DNA of 50,764 nt, counting the filler, from Jimgerdemannia flammicorona (lineage: Eukaryota): NCBI GenBank assembly GCA_003990765.1. It is 2 parts of 2 records of this genome, joined end to end, with 100 filler letters (N's around TTAATTAATTAA, not from the genome) between each part and the next. Parts side by side here need not be neighbours in the genome. Positions count along the whole stretch, not along the records: positions 1 to 25,337 come from RBNJ01000848.1; 1 more part is not named here. One strand, given 5' to 3'. Positions 1 to 13,417 of the stretch are shown in pieces. The notes below the pieces were generated by a model. It had not been told where the DNA came from. It worked only from the letters and a program-made list of their open reading frames with translations, and searched no databases. The position numbers and the translations under genes were made by a program. Every line of letters starts with the position of its first letter. The stretch's first letter is position 1.

Positions 1-1212
1 AAAAAAAAAAAAAAAAAAAGGATAGATTAGAAATACTGCGAGGTCAAAGACGTATTTCACTTTTTTATCTGGCGAAAATACTAATAATAATAATAATAAT
101 AAGCGTACGAGTATATATGAACACACTGATACATCTCGAAATATTCTTTCAACACCTTGCGCAATCCTGAATTCGTTCGCGGATAATACCCGTCATTCGA
201 AATTAAACGACTACAATTTAATTTGGCATTGGTTGCGCTCTTTCAACGTACGCTTGCGCTTTGGATCCATATCCTTCTTGCGACAAATTCTTCTTGTTCA
301 GGCGCCTGGACCTTCAACGAGCCTTGCGATTTCTCAACCGTCGTTCCAAGCTAAACTTTAGATGCATCCAGCTAGCTCCTCGGCAGCCCCTCTCCGCGGC
401 GTCAAGTTTTTCTTGCAAACATTAGCCAGTCTGCGAATTTCGTTTCTTCAACCCCCGATCATCTTGGCAGCGATGGCCTCCAACAACTTCCGTATTTTTA
501 TTCTCGTGCTGCTGAAAAAATTTCTCATGCCGAACCACTTCGTTCGCCTCGCCGCATCCGCATCCGCTTCCGCATCCGCCACCCACGCCCACACTCGACA
601 CTCCCTGCTCTCGTACACGGCAGGCGCTGATGTAACCGCTCCACTTCGTCCCAAAGACCCTGCACCGTCTGATCGTGTTCAGTCATTCGGCAATCGTGAC
701 AACACTTGTGGTTCCCCAGGACGTATATACATCCCGGCAGCAAAACTCCTTCAGCAAATTTTGACATCGGCAAAGTCGGCAAAACGATGTATATAATTAA
801 AGAGAATTAATCATTGATTTCGAATTGTGTCCGCAACTAAAATCTCATAGGACGGAATAAAATTCATTTGACTCGGCCTCTGTGCCCAGATGAGCATTTC
901 TCGACTTTCCTGCTAACGTGAGCACATGTATACTTTGTATTGTTTCGCCCATTAAAATTGGTGCTATCATTCCCAATATTAACATGAACAAATCTAATAA
1001 AATTTTTTGTGGGAACACTCAGGTCACAACAACTGGGAGTAGAATACACAACACAACTTAATAAGTATCAGTTCTTTAAAAGTTTGATTTAGTTATTTAT
1101 TCAAATTTGATATGAATAATATTATGAATATTCAAATTTATAAATCTATATAAAAATGCTATGTCATCAATATGATGATCTGCCAAAGTGTATTACCAAG
1201 ATGTGTCCAACT

Positions 1213-3855
1213 TCATTCCCTCTTAATGAACATCAAAGGTCCCTCGGGATGTTCTTTAATCGACCGTGACGCCGACGGAGTAGGCCTTACAATCCGGGAC
1301 TTGCGCATGATGATAGACACGATTGTCTTAATCTCTTGAATGGCAAAGAAGCGGCCGGGGCAGGCATGTCTTGATGAATGACATCGAGCGGGATGATTGG
1401 TTAGAACAGAGACATTGATAAATGTTAAGACTCGCGTGGAGCTGGCGAAATAATATATATATATACAATACTGAGCATTATGAGAACTCACTTTCCCATC
1501 CCGAATCGGAGAAAGTCTACGCCGACTTTCGTTGCCTGTTTGTTCTTGTTGACGAAGCGCCAGGGGTTGAAGTTTTCTGGGTCAGGACCTTGGAGTTCTT
1601 CGTCCAACATAAGCGACTGCGTATTCAGCATGACATGCCCTCCTAAATTTAGTTGGTTGGGTGAAGAGAAAAGTATTACTTATGTTCGGACAGGATACGT
1701 ATCCAAGGCATCCTCCTTAGCATTTCACAACCGTACACGTACAAATCAAACAATACCTTCAGGAATAATTGTGCCATCCTGCAATGTGTATTCGCCCTTC
1801 GATATATTTTTATGGGGCAGTGCCGCGGGCGCTTCAGCGAGCCTGAAAACCTCTCGCAAGAAGCTATCAAGCTTGACCATCTTCTTGACGGCATTTGATG
1901 AGAACCCAAACTCAACCCCTGGTTCCTCGGCCTCTTCCTCAGCCAAGACGGCCACTTGTTCATCCAGCAACTCCTGGACATACTCCTCGTAGTCCGCGAG
2001 TGCATAGAGCACCAAAGCAGAGTGCATCGTCGTAGTGTGGATTGAGGCAAAGATAAGTGTCATCATATTGTTAGCAATGGCTTCAGTCACGAGGGGAGCC
2101 GGTGCATCAGATGGAAGTTGGTCGATCATGACTTGGAGAATATCTTGCTGTTTTATGTGGATATACAGATGGAAGATAGAGGTTGGCCTGGGAATGGATT
2201 GATGGTGGGAACTGGAAGAGCGTCGGGAACTTACGGGTCGGTTCCAAGAGTCACCCTGCTCGCGGGCCTCTTTCATGCGGCGCTCGATTTCAGGGCCGGT
2301 GACCCTGCAGACGACATCGACGTGCTTGGAGGCCGGATTCATGAACGTAAACAAGAACCTTTAGGGAATAAAGTTTTGACAATCACATCAGCATAGGGTC
2401 TTCACTTGTGTCATCAATATTGGCATTAAGTGACGCTCACCTCTGGTACAGGAGCGAGAGACTGGGTATCAGCCCCACCAACCCTATTTTCGAAATGGTA
2501 TTGCCAACGTCCGAAGTGACGACTTTAGATGTGTGGACAAACTCCATATTGTTGCACAGTTCCTATTAGTTGAGTTTGAGATAAGTGGTTCAATATTACG
2601 AATTTCTTTGTGAGAGTTATTTTTTTATTTTATTTTATTTTATTTTTTTGTGGGGGGGGGGGGGGTAGGATGTATTCAAAGTGTAGCTTAAAATAATAAT
2701 ACATACCTCTCCGACAAACACACTAGCACCTATAGCAGAACAAAATTTGATTGTTCGACGTTTAGTGGAAATATCAAGTCTAAGTAACGCTTCGAGAAAG
2801 TCAAATGATAAAGACGAGGCAATCCTGTTTCAGTTACGTACTTGCAATTGCAACCATGTCTTGGATCATAACGACAGGCTTTTCAATTGTTATACAATCT
2901 ATTAATATGGAGAACAATGGTGAGTATATATCAATAGATGAGCTGATACAATAAACGAAACCAAATACAAAATGAACAGACCTTGCACACCACCCAACCA
3001 ATTATCCATTGATTCGCGCAGCTGTTTACACAAAATGGGTTGTTAGGTTTGTAATAATTTTGGGGATGGGCTTTTAGCGATGGTAAAATAGCATTGAAAC
3101 TTTACCTTGCGTACGACACGCGGCGTGTAGGCTTTGAGATTTGGGGTGATGTGCTTGGCGATTAATTCATGGAGGTCAATGTCTGATTTTTTACCAACTC
3201 GGAGCATGTAATCGAGATCAAATGACTGGGATTTGAATGGATTATTTCAGTTCGTGGGAATCGGTAGAAGGGCATCGAAAGAAACGAAATCGGAGGCGTG
3301 CCGAATTCCAAATGACTTACATCATGGAAGGCCGCAGTGAAATTGAAATCGTCGTTGGTGAGGATATTTCGCACCAAGTCTTTGCCCACGACAGTCTTTA
3401 AGGGAGAGTGCATAAAGTTGGTTTCTTCAGCGACATTAATATTTACATCAAAAGGTAGAGATATTACAACGTCAACAGCAACGCTCACCTGCACTCGCCC
3501 TAGGATGTATATGCGGAACACAGACCCATACTTTTCAGTGGCGTCCTTAATAAACTTGGCCGGATTCGCGTTCCACTCGAATGTGCTCCCAATAATAGGA
3601 AACTTGTACGGCACCAGGGGAATGGATTGCTTTGGGAGTTGAAAGCGCGGTACATTGATGTGATTAACTAGCCTGATAACACCAACCTGAAATTTGAATC
3701 CATTAATGTAGCTAGCAATCCCCCACCTTATTTCCGGCCACCCATCGCTGTGCGAGGTAGAGAGCAACAGCAAGCGAGATTCCGTACCCGAGAATCTGCG
3801 TGCTCGTTACGTCGGGGTGGGAACCGAAGATAATATTGGGAATGAGGTTTGGCAT
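1213..3855 (-). CDS. Cytochrome P450 monooxygenase, about 12 exons, apparently intact
   Basis: ATG at 3855 gives MPNLIPNIIFGSHPDVTSTQILGYGISLAVALYLAQRW (membrane anchor), then the Pro-rich hinge IPLVPYKFPIIG, I-helix IFASIHTTT, ExxR (LREVFR), PWRF and the heme motif FGMGK/HACPGRFFA split by the last intron. TGA is at 1213-1215. The exons splice in frame by eye using GT..AG introns. Confidence 0.93.
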
Positions 3856-3979
3856 TTCGGTTGCTAAGGTCTGATATTCTGCAAAAGTGAATGTATTAAG
3901 TGTAGGTTTGTAGGATCCTGAACGCGACGGTTGTAGGAAGGGGGGCTTGAGTTTGGGTTAAGGTATGCGTCGCGCCCCT

Positions 3980-4125
3980 CTTTATACTGAATTAATTCGA
4001 GTCTCTCGGCATATCGGGAAACGCGAACAGTCACACTAGTCCCTTTAGCATATCGGGACACGCGAACAGTCACACTAGTCCCTTTAGCATATCGGGACAC
4101 GCGAACAGTCCCTTCAGCATATCGG
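3980..4125 (-). promoter_or_regulatory. Putative P450 promoter: TATA box plus an upstream 39-bp tandem repeat
   Basis: GTATAAAG on the minus strand at 3980-3987, about 130 bp upstream of the ATG. About 3 units of GCATATCGGGACACGCGAACAGTCACACTAGTCCCTTTA at 4009-4125. Confidence 0.55.
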
Positions 4126-4458
4126 CACATCCCTCGGCCCATCGGCAAGACAAATAACCGTAATATTTTGAGATATGAAAACTCAGTGGGCTTCTGGCCA
4201 GTTAGAAATATGCTAAAATCGGTAAAGGGCGCAGAACACTGATACACGAAACTCTCTTTGACAGCCACATAGGATGATCCACGTGTCGAACAGATGCAGT
4301 GCGCAATATTTTGTGAGAGTCATAATTACATATATACATCAACAGATGCATCCCTCAATGGTATTAGTGCATGGGACAGCAAAAACAAAAATAAAAAAAT
4401 ATGGCGGCACTTTGGACACGGGCTGTGGATGGTGCTGCTCGGTAAAAAATAAGCCTGG

Positions 4459-5069
4459 TGGAAGAATGCTCAGTCGACAACATTGCCAACCAGTCACTCT
4501 ATGCTTAATATTTCAAAGATTAAAAATAAATAAGCACTCTTTATTATAGGGTGATAGTATAATAAAATAAAAGTAAAAGTTATTATCTTTATAAATTATT
4601 ATTAAAATTAATTTTAGTAATTAATTATTATATTTTTTTACAATTTTATAATCTGATTTTATTAGATTTAATAATAATAATAAATAGTTATTAAAATAAT
4701 AAAATAAAATATAATAAATCAAATCAAATTATAATTTATATTTAAGTATTTACTAACATTATTATTAATATTTATCTAAGTTAGATAATTTAGAAAAATA
4801 TTTTAAAAGAAGTCTTATTTTATAATATATACTTGTCTTTTTTATAAAATTATATCTACTAATTATCATTTTTCTTATAATATCAACTTTATTACTAAAT
4901 ATTTAATTATTTATATTATATTTATATTTTATTAATATTGGTAATTACTATTAGCTACTAGTTCAGTTAATAATAAACTATTACTCTATTATTATATTAA
5001 AGATAATAATTATCTCTTTATACTTTAAGCATAGTGACTGGTTTATAATGTTGACCAAGTATTCTTCCA
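4459..5069. mobile_element. Degenerate non-autonomous TIR element (MITE-like) with a very AT-rich core
   Basis: Left end TGGAAGAATgctcaGTCgacAACATTgccAACCAGTCACTctATGCTTAA matches the reverse complement of the right end, TGGAAGAATacttgGTCAACATTataAACCAGTCACTATGCTTAA (about 50-bp imperfect TIR). No clear TSD. Confidence 0.65.
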
Positions 5070-5517
5070 AGAGACCGGTTCGGACCGTTCCACTTCGGTC
5101 CTTGAGTGCAATATCCTTGAGCGCCATATCTTACGAGTAATCTTCGTCACAATATTTTCTGCCGCAGATCCGCGCCCCTGGCGCACTCCAACCGTGTCAT
5201 GTTGTTTTCGGACACCGCCGTCAGTGAAGGCGCGGATATACGGGACTCTCTCTTAGGCAGTCACGTACGATGATTCACGTGTCATACAGATCCAGGGCGC
5301 GGAACTACGGATATTCTGCGAGTGTTGGCAACAATCATACTGTTCATAATTGAATATATCAACCGACACCTCTGACATAGGATGACAACAAAAAAAAAAA
5401 AAAGGCGAAAAGGCGGCACGGAACGTATCTTAACCCAACCTTTCTGCAACCTTCGCGTTCTGGATCCTGCAAACCTTTACGCTTAATACATCTGTTTTGC
5501 AGATATTAGAAACCGAA

Positions 5518-6490
5518 CTGGAAAGCGTTATTCCCAACATTTTCTTCGGTTCGCACCTTGACTCGACGAGCGCCAAGATGGTATGCTCTATACTCGCGCA
5601 GCGATGGAAGGATGGAAATAAGGTGGGGAATTGCTAGCTGAATTAATGGATTCAATTTCTAGGTTGGTTTTGGCAAAGCTAATTAATCACATCAATGTAC
5701 CGCGCTTTCAATTCCCATAGCAATCCATTCCCCTCGTGCCATAAAGGATTGCCATCATCGGGAGCACATGGAAGAGGGATGTGAATCCGACCAAGTTTAT
5801 TAGCGATGCTACCAAAAAATATGGATCTGTGTCCCGCATATACATCATTGGACATGTGCAGGTGAGCGTTACTGTCGACGTGGCAATACCCCCACCGTTG
5901 ATGATTAAACATTAATGTCGCTGATGAAACCAAATTTATGCGCTCTCACTTACGTTTTTTTAAGACGTAAGTCACTCGGAAGTCGGCACGCCACGATTTC
6001 TCTCCTTCGATGCCTTTCTACCCGATTCCCACGAACTGACACAATCCATTCAAACTCCAGACATTTATGTCGATTACATGACCCGAAATAGCAAACCGGA
6101 AAACATGGACATGCACGCCATAATCGTCAAGCACACACCCCCCGTGTCGTGCGCAAGGTAAAGTGTTTCTGTTATGTTACAATTGCTAGAAGCTCGTTTT
6201 AATTTTTTGGTTTCGTTTAGTGTATCGTGTATCGGCTGAGCCATTAAACAAAAGGCATTTCGCTCACCATTGATCTCCATATTGATAGATAGAATAAAAA
6301 ATTGAAATTCCTTACATTATTATCCAAGACATGGTTGCAAATACAAGTATATATGTAACTGAAAAAGGACTGCCTCCTCTTTTTCATTTGACTTTCTCCG
6401 AAAATCACATTTTGTACTGTCATAAGAGCCAGTGTGTTTTTTGGGAGAGGTGTTATTTATTTTAAGCTACACTTTGAATATATTCTACGC

Positions 6491-6524
<34 letters not shown>

Positions 6525-8720
6525 TCGCACGCACAAAGAAATTCGTAGCATTGAGGCACTTATCCCAAACTCAATAAAGAGTTTCTCATGATATCAAAAA
6601 TATTCACTTCGGACGGCGGCACTGCAATTTCGAAAATAACGTGGTCAGGGCTGAAATTCGGCCTCTTGATCCTGTACCAGAGGTGAGCGTCACTTTGGGC
6701 CAATAATATTGATGACACAAATGAAGAATCTATGCTAATGTGATTACAAAAACCCTATGCCTTGGACGTACATGTTTAGGTTTTAAGAATCCTACCACTC
6801 GCTATATCGCTGTCGTCTGCAGGGTCACCGGCCCTGAGATCGAGCGCCGCACGCAAGAGGCCCGCGAGCATGGAACCCACCCGTAAGTTCCCGACGCTCT
6901 CCCAATTCCCACCACCGATCCAATTCCAGGCTAACCTCTAGCTCCCATCTGCACACCCTCACCAACAACAAGATATTCTCCAAATCATGATTGAGCATTT
7001 TCAATCCGATACGCCGGTCCTCGTCATGACTCAAGACATTTCTTACAATTTGCTATCACTTGTCTTTCCTCTCTGTTTTGGTGCTCTATGCACTCGCGGA
7101 CTACGAGGAGCAGGGGTTACTGGATGCCGTCATGGCGGAGGAAGAGGCCGAAGAAGAGTCCGGGGGACTACGGGATGATTTTGGTTTCTCACCGAAGGCC
7201 ATCAAGAAGATGGCCAAGCTTGATAGCCTCTTGCGAGAGGGCATCATGCTCACTGAGGTGCCCGCGACGCTGGCCCATAGAAATATAATGAAGGGCGAAT
7301 ACACATTGAACGATTGCACAATATTTCCTAAAGGTATTGTTTGATTTGTACGTGTGCGGTTGTGAAATACTAAGGGTGATGGCTTGAATACCTATTCTGT
7401 CCGGACATAAGTAATATTTTCTCCTCACCTAACCAACTAAATTCAGGAGAGTATGTCTCAATCCGTACGCTTCGTAAACAAGAACAAATAGGCAACAAAA
7501 GTCGGCGGAGACTATCTCTGATTCGGGATGGGAAATGTAACCCTCTTCTTCCGTTTTCAGAATGGTAGGTGTTACTAGGGACTTGACACATGTAGTTCAA
7601 GAGGCCTTTCACTTGGTTTACTTTTGCAAGATGAGGAAGTGCTAATTTTTGTAGTGGGATAATCAATTTGCCTTAGCTTCTATTTTACAGCCTAAGGTCT
7701 TTCTGTGTATAGACTGAATCTCAGTTTCAAGGTATTTGTCTTTAGATTTATATACTGGTTCTCAATGAAATAGAAGTTAGCTAGACTTCTGGAGTTTAGT
7801 CAGAAATTATAGTAACTTAGGTATCATTACTAAGAACTCAGGGGAAAGTATATATATGTAGGAGACTTGTTGTATTTGTACTAAACTGAACTAAAACTGA
7901 TTTATTTTGGATTTATTGCTGGGGGTATTTATACATTTGGCTAGCTAATGGTTTGTGAATTTTGGCTAAGTAATATATATAGATTTCTGATTGGGTATGT
8001 GACTTTAAGGGCCAATTAGATTTGATTTGATTTCAAACCTAATTTTTCAAAATTCAATTTTAGCTTGTTAGATGCACCTTATTATGGTGAATATAGCACA
8101 ACAAAGAATATTAAATTTGGATGCATTTTCATCAAGTTATTACATTTTGAAGTTGGGAATTTGATTTGAACACAATTCGAATTGAAAAATCCCGATTCAA
8201 ATGACCTCCAATTCGATTCAATTTGTTTCGTTTGGAAGCACTAAGCTTTGGGACAAATATTCAGAACTCAGGACAAAAACGTTAGTCACTTGTGTTAAGT
8301 AATGTTGGTCAAGTAATTCTTTACTGTGTTCCGCGTGCTGCGGCTCAATGTTCAGGGTATCGATATGCATTTTACTAGTCTTGTTCGTTCGTGATGTCAC
8401 CGCTGGTGTCACGTGATCGTCATTCGTTCGATATGTTGTCAAAACTCGTTCGCAATGTAATTCTTATTACAGGAAAGCGAGTTCTCATAATGCTCAGTAT
8501 TTTTTATACGTTTTATTTTGTCAGCTCTACGCAAGTCTCCATACTTATTAATTTTTCTGTTCCAACCAATCATCCCCACGCCTGACCCAGCCAATTCTAT
8601 GTTATTAAGAGATTAAGACAATCTTGTCTGCAAGTACCGGATTGTGAGGCCTACTACGGCGGTGTCACGGTCCATTAAGGCTAAGCCCAGGGATCTTTAA
8701 TGTTCATTAAGAGGGAATGA
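5518..8720 (+). pseudogene. Cytochrome P450 pseudogene, inverted paralogue of the gene at 1213-3855
   Basis: Collinear exon and intron similarity, e.g. VLYALADYEEQGLLD...KKMAKLDSLLRE and the shared end ATGTTCATTAAGAGGGAATGA. ATG is changed to CTG at 5518, several exons carry deletions, the heme Cys codon is TGA (8583-8585), and a solo LTR is inserted. Confidence 0.92.
7536..8471. mobile_element. Solo LTR (936 bp) inserted in the P450 pseudogene
   Basis: Termini TGTAA...TTACA, flanked by a perfect GGAAA duplication (7531-7535 and 8472-8476). P450 homology resumes immediately after it. Confidence 0.88.
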
Positions 8721-8812
8721 AGTTGTATATTGCTAGTGTAGCAATTTTATACAGATTCACAAGTACCAATATTAAGAATATCATATAATATAAAATTTGA
8801 ATATTTAACTAC

Positions 8813-10979
8813 TGTAATGTGCTAGCTCAATAGAGGCAAATTACAAGGTTGGGGCTGCTATGTAGATTGGCTTGAGCCCCCAGTTACTTTGTTAAAAGTA
8901 ACAAAATGTTCAGTGGTTTCTAGCATTCTTGTTAGTGTTTAGTAATATAAAGATAATACTAGATTCTTGAGTGAGTTCTCTTATTTGTATAATGGACAAT
9001 TTTGGCAATTTCTTAATTTGGCAGTAATCTGGAATAATACAGAAAATTCAGTGGATTTCTCAGATAGTGCAGATTCTGTATAGTAAGATAGATTTGCCAG
9101 ATTTTTTGAATAAAGTAGATAACTTAGATGGTACAGATTTTTTCTAAATTAACAGACTTCTTAAAAATAACTCAGATTGCATAAATTCTTTCCAAATTAG
9201 AAGACTACTTGAAAATGGCAGACTTCTCAGAGTTATATTAAAGATTACTTTGTTTATATAAATAGGTTCACTATAAAGATATATCTTATACTAGACTTAC
9301 TTTGAGTAGTAGACTTCTTCTTGAAAATAATGATGAAGTTCTTTACTTAAACTTGATAAAAAATTAGACTTTTTATCAGAAAGTGGACTAGAGTGAAAAA
9401 AAGAAGCTCTTCTGTTTTTTTTTTTTAATTTTTAGACTAAGATTTATTTACTTGAATCTCTGGAATATTTTATATAGTTGTGGTCACTATCTGGTTACTA
9501 TGTAGCTAACTATAGATTGCTATTTTAGCTATTTTTATTGAGAATATGAGTCTCAAATTCTAGTATAATATACTAGCTAGAAATACTAATATCAAATTCT
9601 GATACAATATCTGCTAGAAATACTTTATATGTACTCTTATTTAGCTATCTGGATTATTTATATAAATTGATACAGTAGGGCAGTCTTAGTTACATATCTA
9701 GTATATTTGATATGATATATAGCTAAATTATAGTGACTAATTTGAATAGTAACTTGGTATATTTCTCTGCTAACTTATTATATCAGCCTCTACTAAAGAG
9801 TAGTCTATCTCAGGCTATTCTTTAGTTATCATTTCAATATGAGTAGGCATCTTCTGCATCAGCTTTTATTCTATCATCTTCTTGATTTCACAGCTACTTT
9901 ATTCTAAGATCTTTTTTTTTTTTTTTTTTTGAGAAATAGTATAGATGATACTTAGGTAGATGGTAGAGAATATTCTTTAGATATCTCTAAGGTAAAATTG
10001 GGCCTAGATTAATGCTTCTGAATTTTACTTATAGATGTATAGAATCTGTTTACTATAATAGTATTCCTTTGAGTGAGATTTATGAGATGTCTGATATAGA
10101 TATACATACTCAGAGGTTGAGAGATCTTATAGTTATTCTTCAATAGTATAGTATATCTGTAGCTGGTAGATTTCTAAAAGTTACTGGGCTATAGTGAGGT
10201 TCTCTTGATGAATTTAGATCAATTGAGAGTAGTTGCTGATAGTTTCTATAAACTATGATAGAGAAATAGGCAGAGCTTAGAGAGAACTGAGAACAAGGGT
10301 CTGGAGGTAATGAACAATCCTCTGGATCATTATATAAGAGATAGATATATCTTTAGATAATTGATATATACTAGAGTTCTCAGGATGTATCTATTTATAC
10401 TTCTTATATAGATGTTTATTTCTTCAATATTATATAAAATAAGATCTCTTCTATTTAGACCCCAGTTTGATAGCAAAGTTTATTTTAATCATACTTCTCC
10501 AAACTAGTACTTGATCTATAATGGTTCTAGTTTCTTTAAGAGGAAGCAGCTAAATCTGGAAGTTCTAGTTAGCCTAAAGTAGCTTGAAAAGATACTTAAA
10601 GATTCAAGTATTCTTGAAGAATTTCTGAGAGAAAATATTCTGAGCTTTATTTAGACAGAGAATAAGGATATTTATATATAATGTGAAAGAAAGATCCAGA
10701 AGGATCTTGGAAAGAAAGAGAAATGCCAAGAAATAGATTTTTAGCAAGCTGACTAATACTGTTCTACAATGTTCTGAAAAGTTCTATGACTAGCTAAGAC
10801 AAGATACTTAGTATCAAGGAAAGATAAGAATGTTCTAGTAGTGTCTGAGCACTAAGAGAAAGTTTCTAAATAAGTAGAAGGTGGCAGAACATAGTAGAAT
10901 GTTCAAGAAATAACAAGAAAAGACTAATTAAAAGATGCAAAAATATACTAAGACTAAATATAACTATGAAATTGTTATA
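8813..10979 (-). repeat. 3' LTR of B1
   Basis: Starts after the PPT and ends in CA where P450 3'-flank homology stops. Length is similar to the B2 LTR. Confidence 0.6.
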
Positions 10980-13417
10980 TTTCTTCCTCTTTAAGAACCA
11001 ATGTCCTTATTGGGTTCTTAGGTAATACAAGACTAGATATAGTTAATCAAAATTTCTCAAACTTATATTGATATATTGGTAGAGATTAGCTATCCTTATA
11101 TAGAGCAAAGGGCTTATTACTAGACTAATCAACTAGGAGAGGTTCAAACCCAGCTAGTAGCTTCATTTCAGTAGACATCTTGTTTATTAAATATTCTACT
11201 AGTTCTGAGGTCCCAAAGTAAACTTCTAATAAATAAGACACTGATTATTGTTATAAGTCATTGATAATTTAAGGAAGTCACTATAGAGATTGGGTAATAT
11301 ATTTTGCCTTGAAGTCTTGAACTAGATCTTGAGAGTTCTTGAGGTTGACCAGCAGTTCCCAGGTAGTATTATATTTAGGATAGCCTATCTACTTAACTAG
11401 GTATTCAGGATAGTAGTAGTGGATTCATTTGTCAAGGATTTTCTCAGCTTTATACTCAATATGGTCTTCAATAATTACAGGAATAGATAGCTTAGAATTT
11501 CAACTGGGGTAGAGCAGTGCCTGGTTCCAGGTCTTGAGGTGTGACACATGAAAGACTGGGTATACTCTTATGATTTTAGATAGCTTGAGGTAGTAGGAGG
11601 ATGCAGAGACTTGTTCAGTAATTTCAAAAGGTCCAATATACTTAGATTGGAACTTATTTGAAGAGTAGTTGACTTGAGATTATATCTTGAGATTCTTGGT
11701 AGACAGTAGGACTTGATCTCTAACAATATAAGTGATATCACAGTATTTCTTGTCAGCATACTTGGCTTGATGCTATTTAGCCTTCTAAAGATTCACAGTG
11801 ACAATCTTAAGTAGTTTATCCATTTTGTCTGTAAGGTTCTTGATAGTAGAGACTTGTATTTGACTACTTTTCTTGAAAGAGAATAGACTTACAGAGGTCT
11901 TGGGATATTGACTATAGAGTAGTCAGAAAGGAGAAAGACCAGTAGATTATTGGACAATATTGTTATATGCAAACTCTGCATAAGTCAGATAGTGGTTCTA
12001 ATTATCTTGCTCATAAGTAACATAGTTTCTAAGCATCTGTTCTAGAGTTCTGTTTATGCACTTAGTTTGTCTATTTATTTGTAGGTGAAAGACAGTAGAC
12101 ATAGCTAGTTAGGTTTCCAGAGTCTTGAAGAGGGTTTGCTAGAAGTAACTAGTGAACTTGGGGTTACAATCACTGATAATTACTCATAGTAGGCCATAGT
12201 GATGGAAGATGGACTTGAAGAAGATTCTTACAATCTTAGATATAGTAGCATTGATAGTGATTAGTTCAGTAACTATAGTCTTGATAAGACAGTTAATAAA
12301 TATAATGATAGCATCAACACCAGATTGAGTTTATAGTAGTTGAGTTATAAAGTCTATGGTAACTTATTTGAACTTCTTGGTAAGAATTGATAATGGTTAT
12401 AGCAAACCAGCTGGTACTTAGTCGGTAGACTTATTGCACTGATATAGATTATAGCTAACAATATAGTTCTTGATTTCCTTGATCATGCTTGGTCAATAGT
12501 AGTGGTATTAGATATTTTTGACAGTCTTCTCAATTCTCAGGTGACCAGCAAGAGGGGAGTCATGGTGTTCTTACAAAACCTTATAGCATAGGTTTATGTT
12601 TTCAGATAGATAGACTTAGTCTTGATGATAGATCAGGTTGTTCTTGATAGTATATGTATCCTTGAGCTCATTTGAGAAAACTCTAGTAGTGACTGTATCT
12701 TCTTTATAAGCTTGTCTGATTAGGTCTAGGAATTCTGATGCTAAGGTAACTTGTATGATTGTGGTAAGGTCAGGGCATCTTAATAGGGTATCTGATACTA
12801 TAAGTATCTTGCCAGGCTTGTAGATGATCATCAGATTGAAGGTTTGAAGTTTGAGGCTCTACTTAGCTTATAGATATAACAGAGTAGGTTAGGTGTTGAT
12901 ATACTTGAGAGATTGATGATTAGTGATAACATCAAACTCAATACCTTCTAGATAGTATCACTAGTAGTTTAGTATATACATATATTATTACCAGTAGTTC
13001 CTTCTCATGAGTGACTTACTTTTGTTTGGCTGAGACTAACTTATGGGACTTGAAAGTAATAGGGCAATATTCTTTGCCATTATCTTATAACAGAATTGCT
13101 TTAATGACAAAATTTGACACATTAGTAGTAATTATGAATTTTAGGTCTTGATCTATATTATACAGAACTGGAGTATAGATCAGGTAGTTCTTGAGTTCTT
13201 GAAAAGCTTATTGATAGAAGAGGTCCCAGGTATAGGATATATAGTGGTCTGAGTGTAGGGTCATCCTCATAAGGTTAGTCATTAGCTTGGTAATGTTAGA
13301 GAAGTTTCTGACAAAGTAATGGTAGTAGTTAGCTAGACTAAGAAAGAATCAGAGTTCTATGAGATTTGATAGAATGGATTATTCTTCCATTGCTTTTATC
13401 TTGTATAGGTCTATCTC
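8813..13417 (-). mobile_element. Ty3/Gypsy chromovirus-like copy B1 (decayed, 5'-truncated): RT end, RNase H, integrase, chromodomain, PPT and a ~2.2-kb 3' LTR
   Basis: Minus-strand remnants include IIYKPGKILIVSDTLLR (RH end), integrase residues and EYLVK*IGYPKYNTTWE (chromodomain, ~11350-11460). A purine tract AAAGAGGAAGAAA precedes the LTR start TATAAC (10979), and the LTR ends ATTACA at 8813. Confidence 0.8.

Noticed and set aside
220..800. ORFs at 362-796, 448-654 and 525-782
   Set aside because: No recognisable domain. The minus strand has coiled-coil-like fragments in shifting frames, possibly a pseudogene, but not callable.
1422..3642. Plus-strand ORFs overlapping the P450, and antisense ORFs over pol (e.g. 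35521-36018, 47107-47625)
   Set aside because: Shadow frames of real coding sequence.
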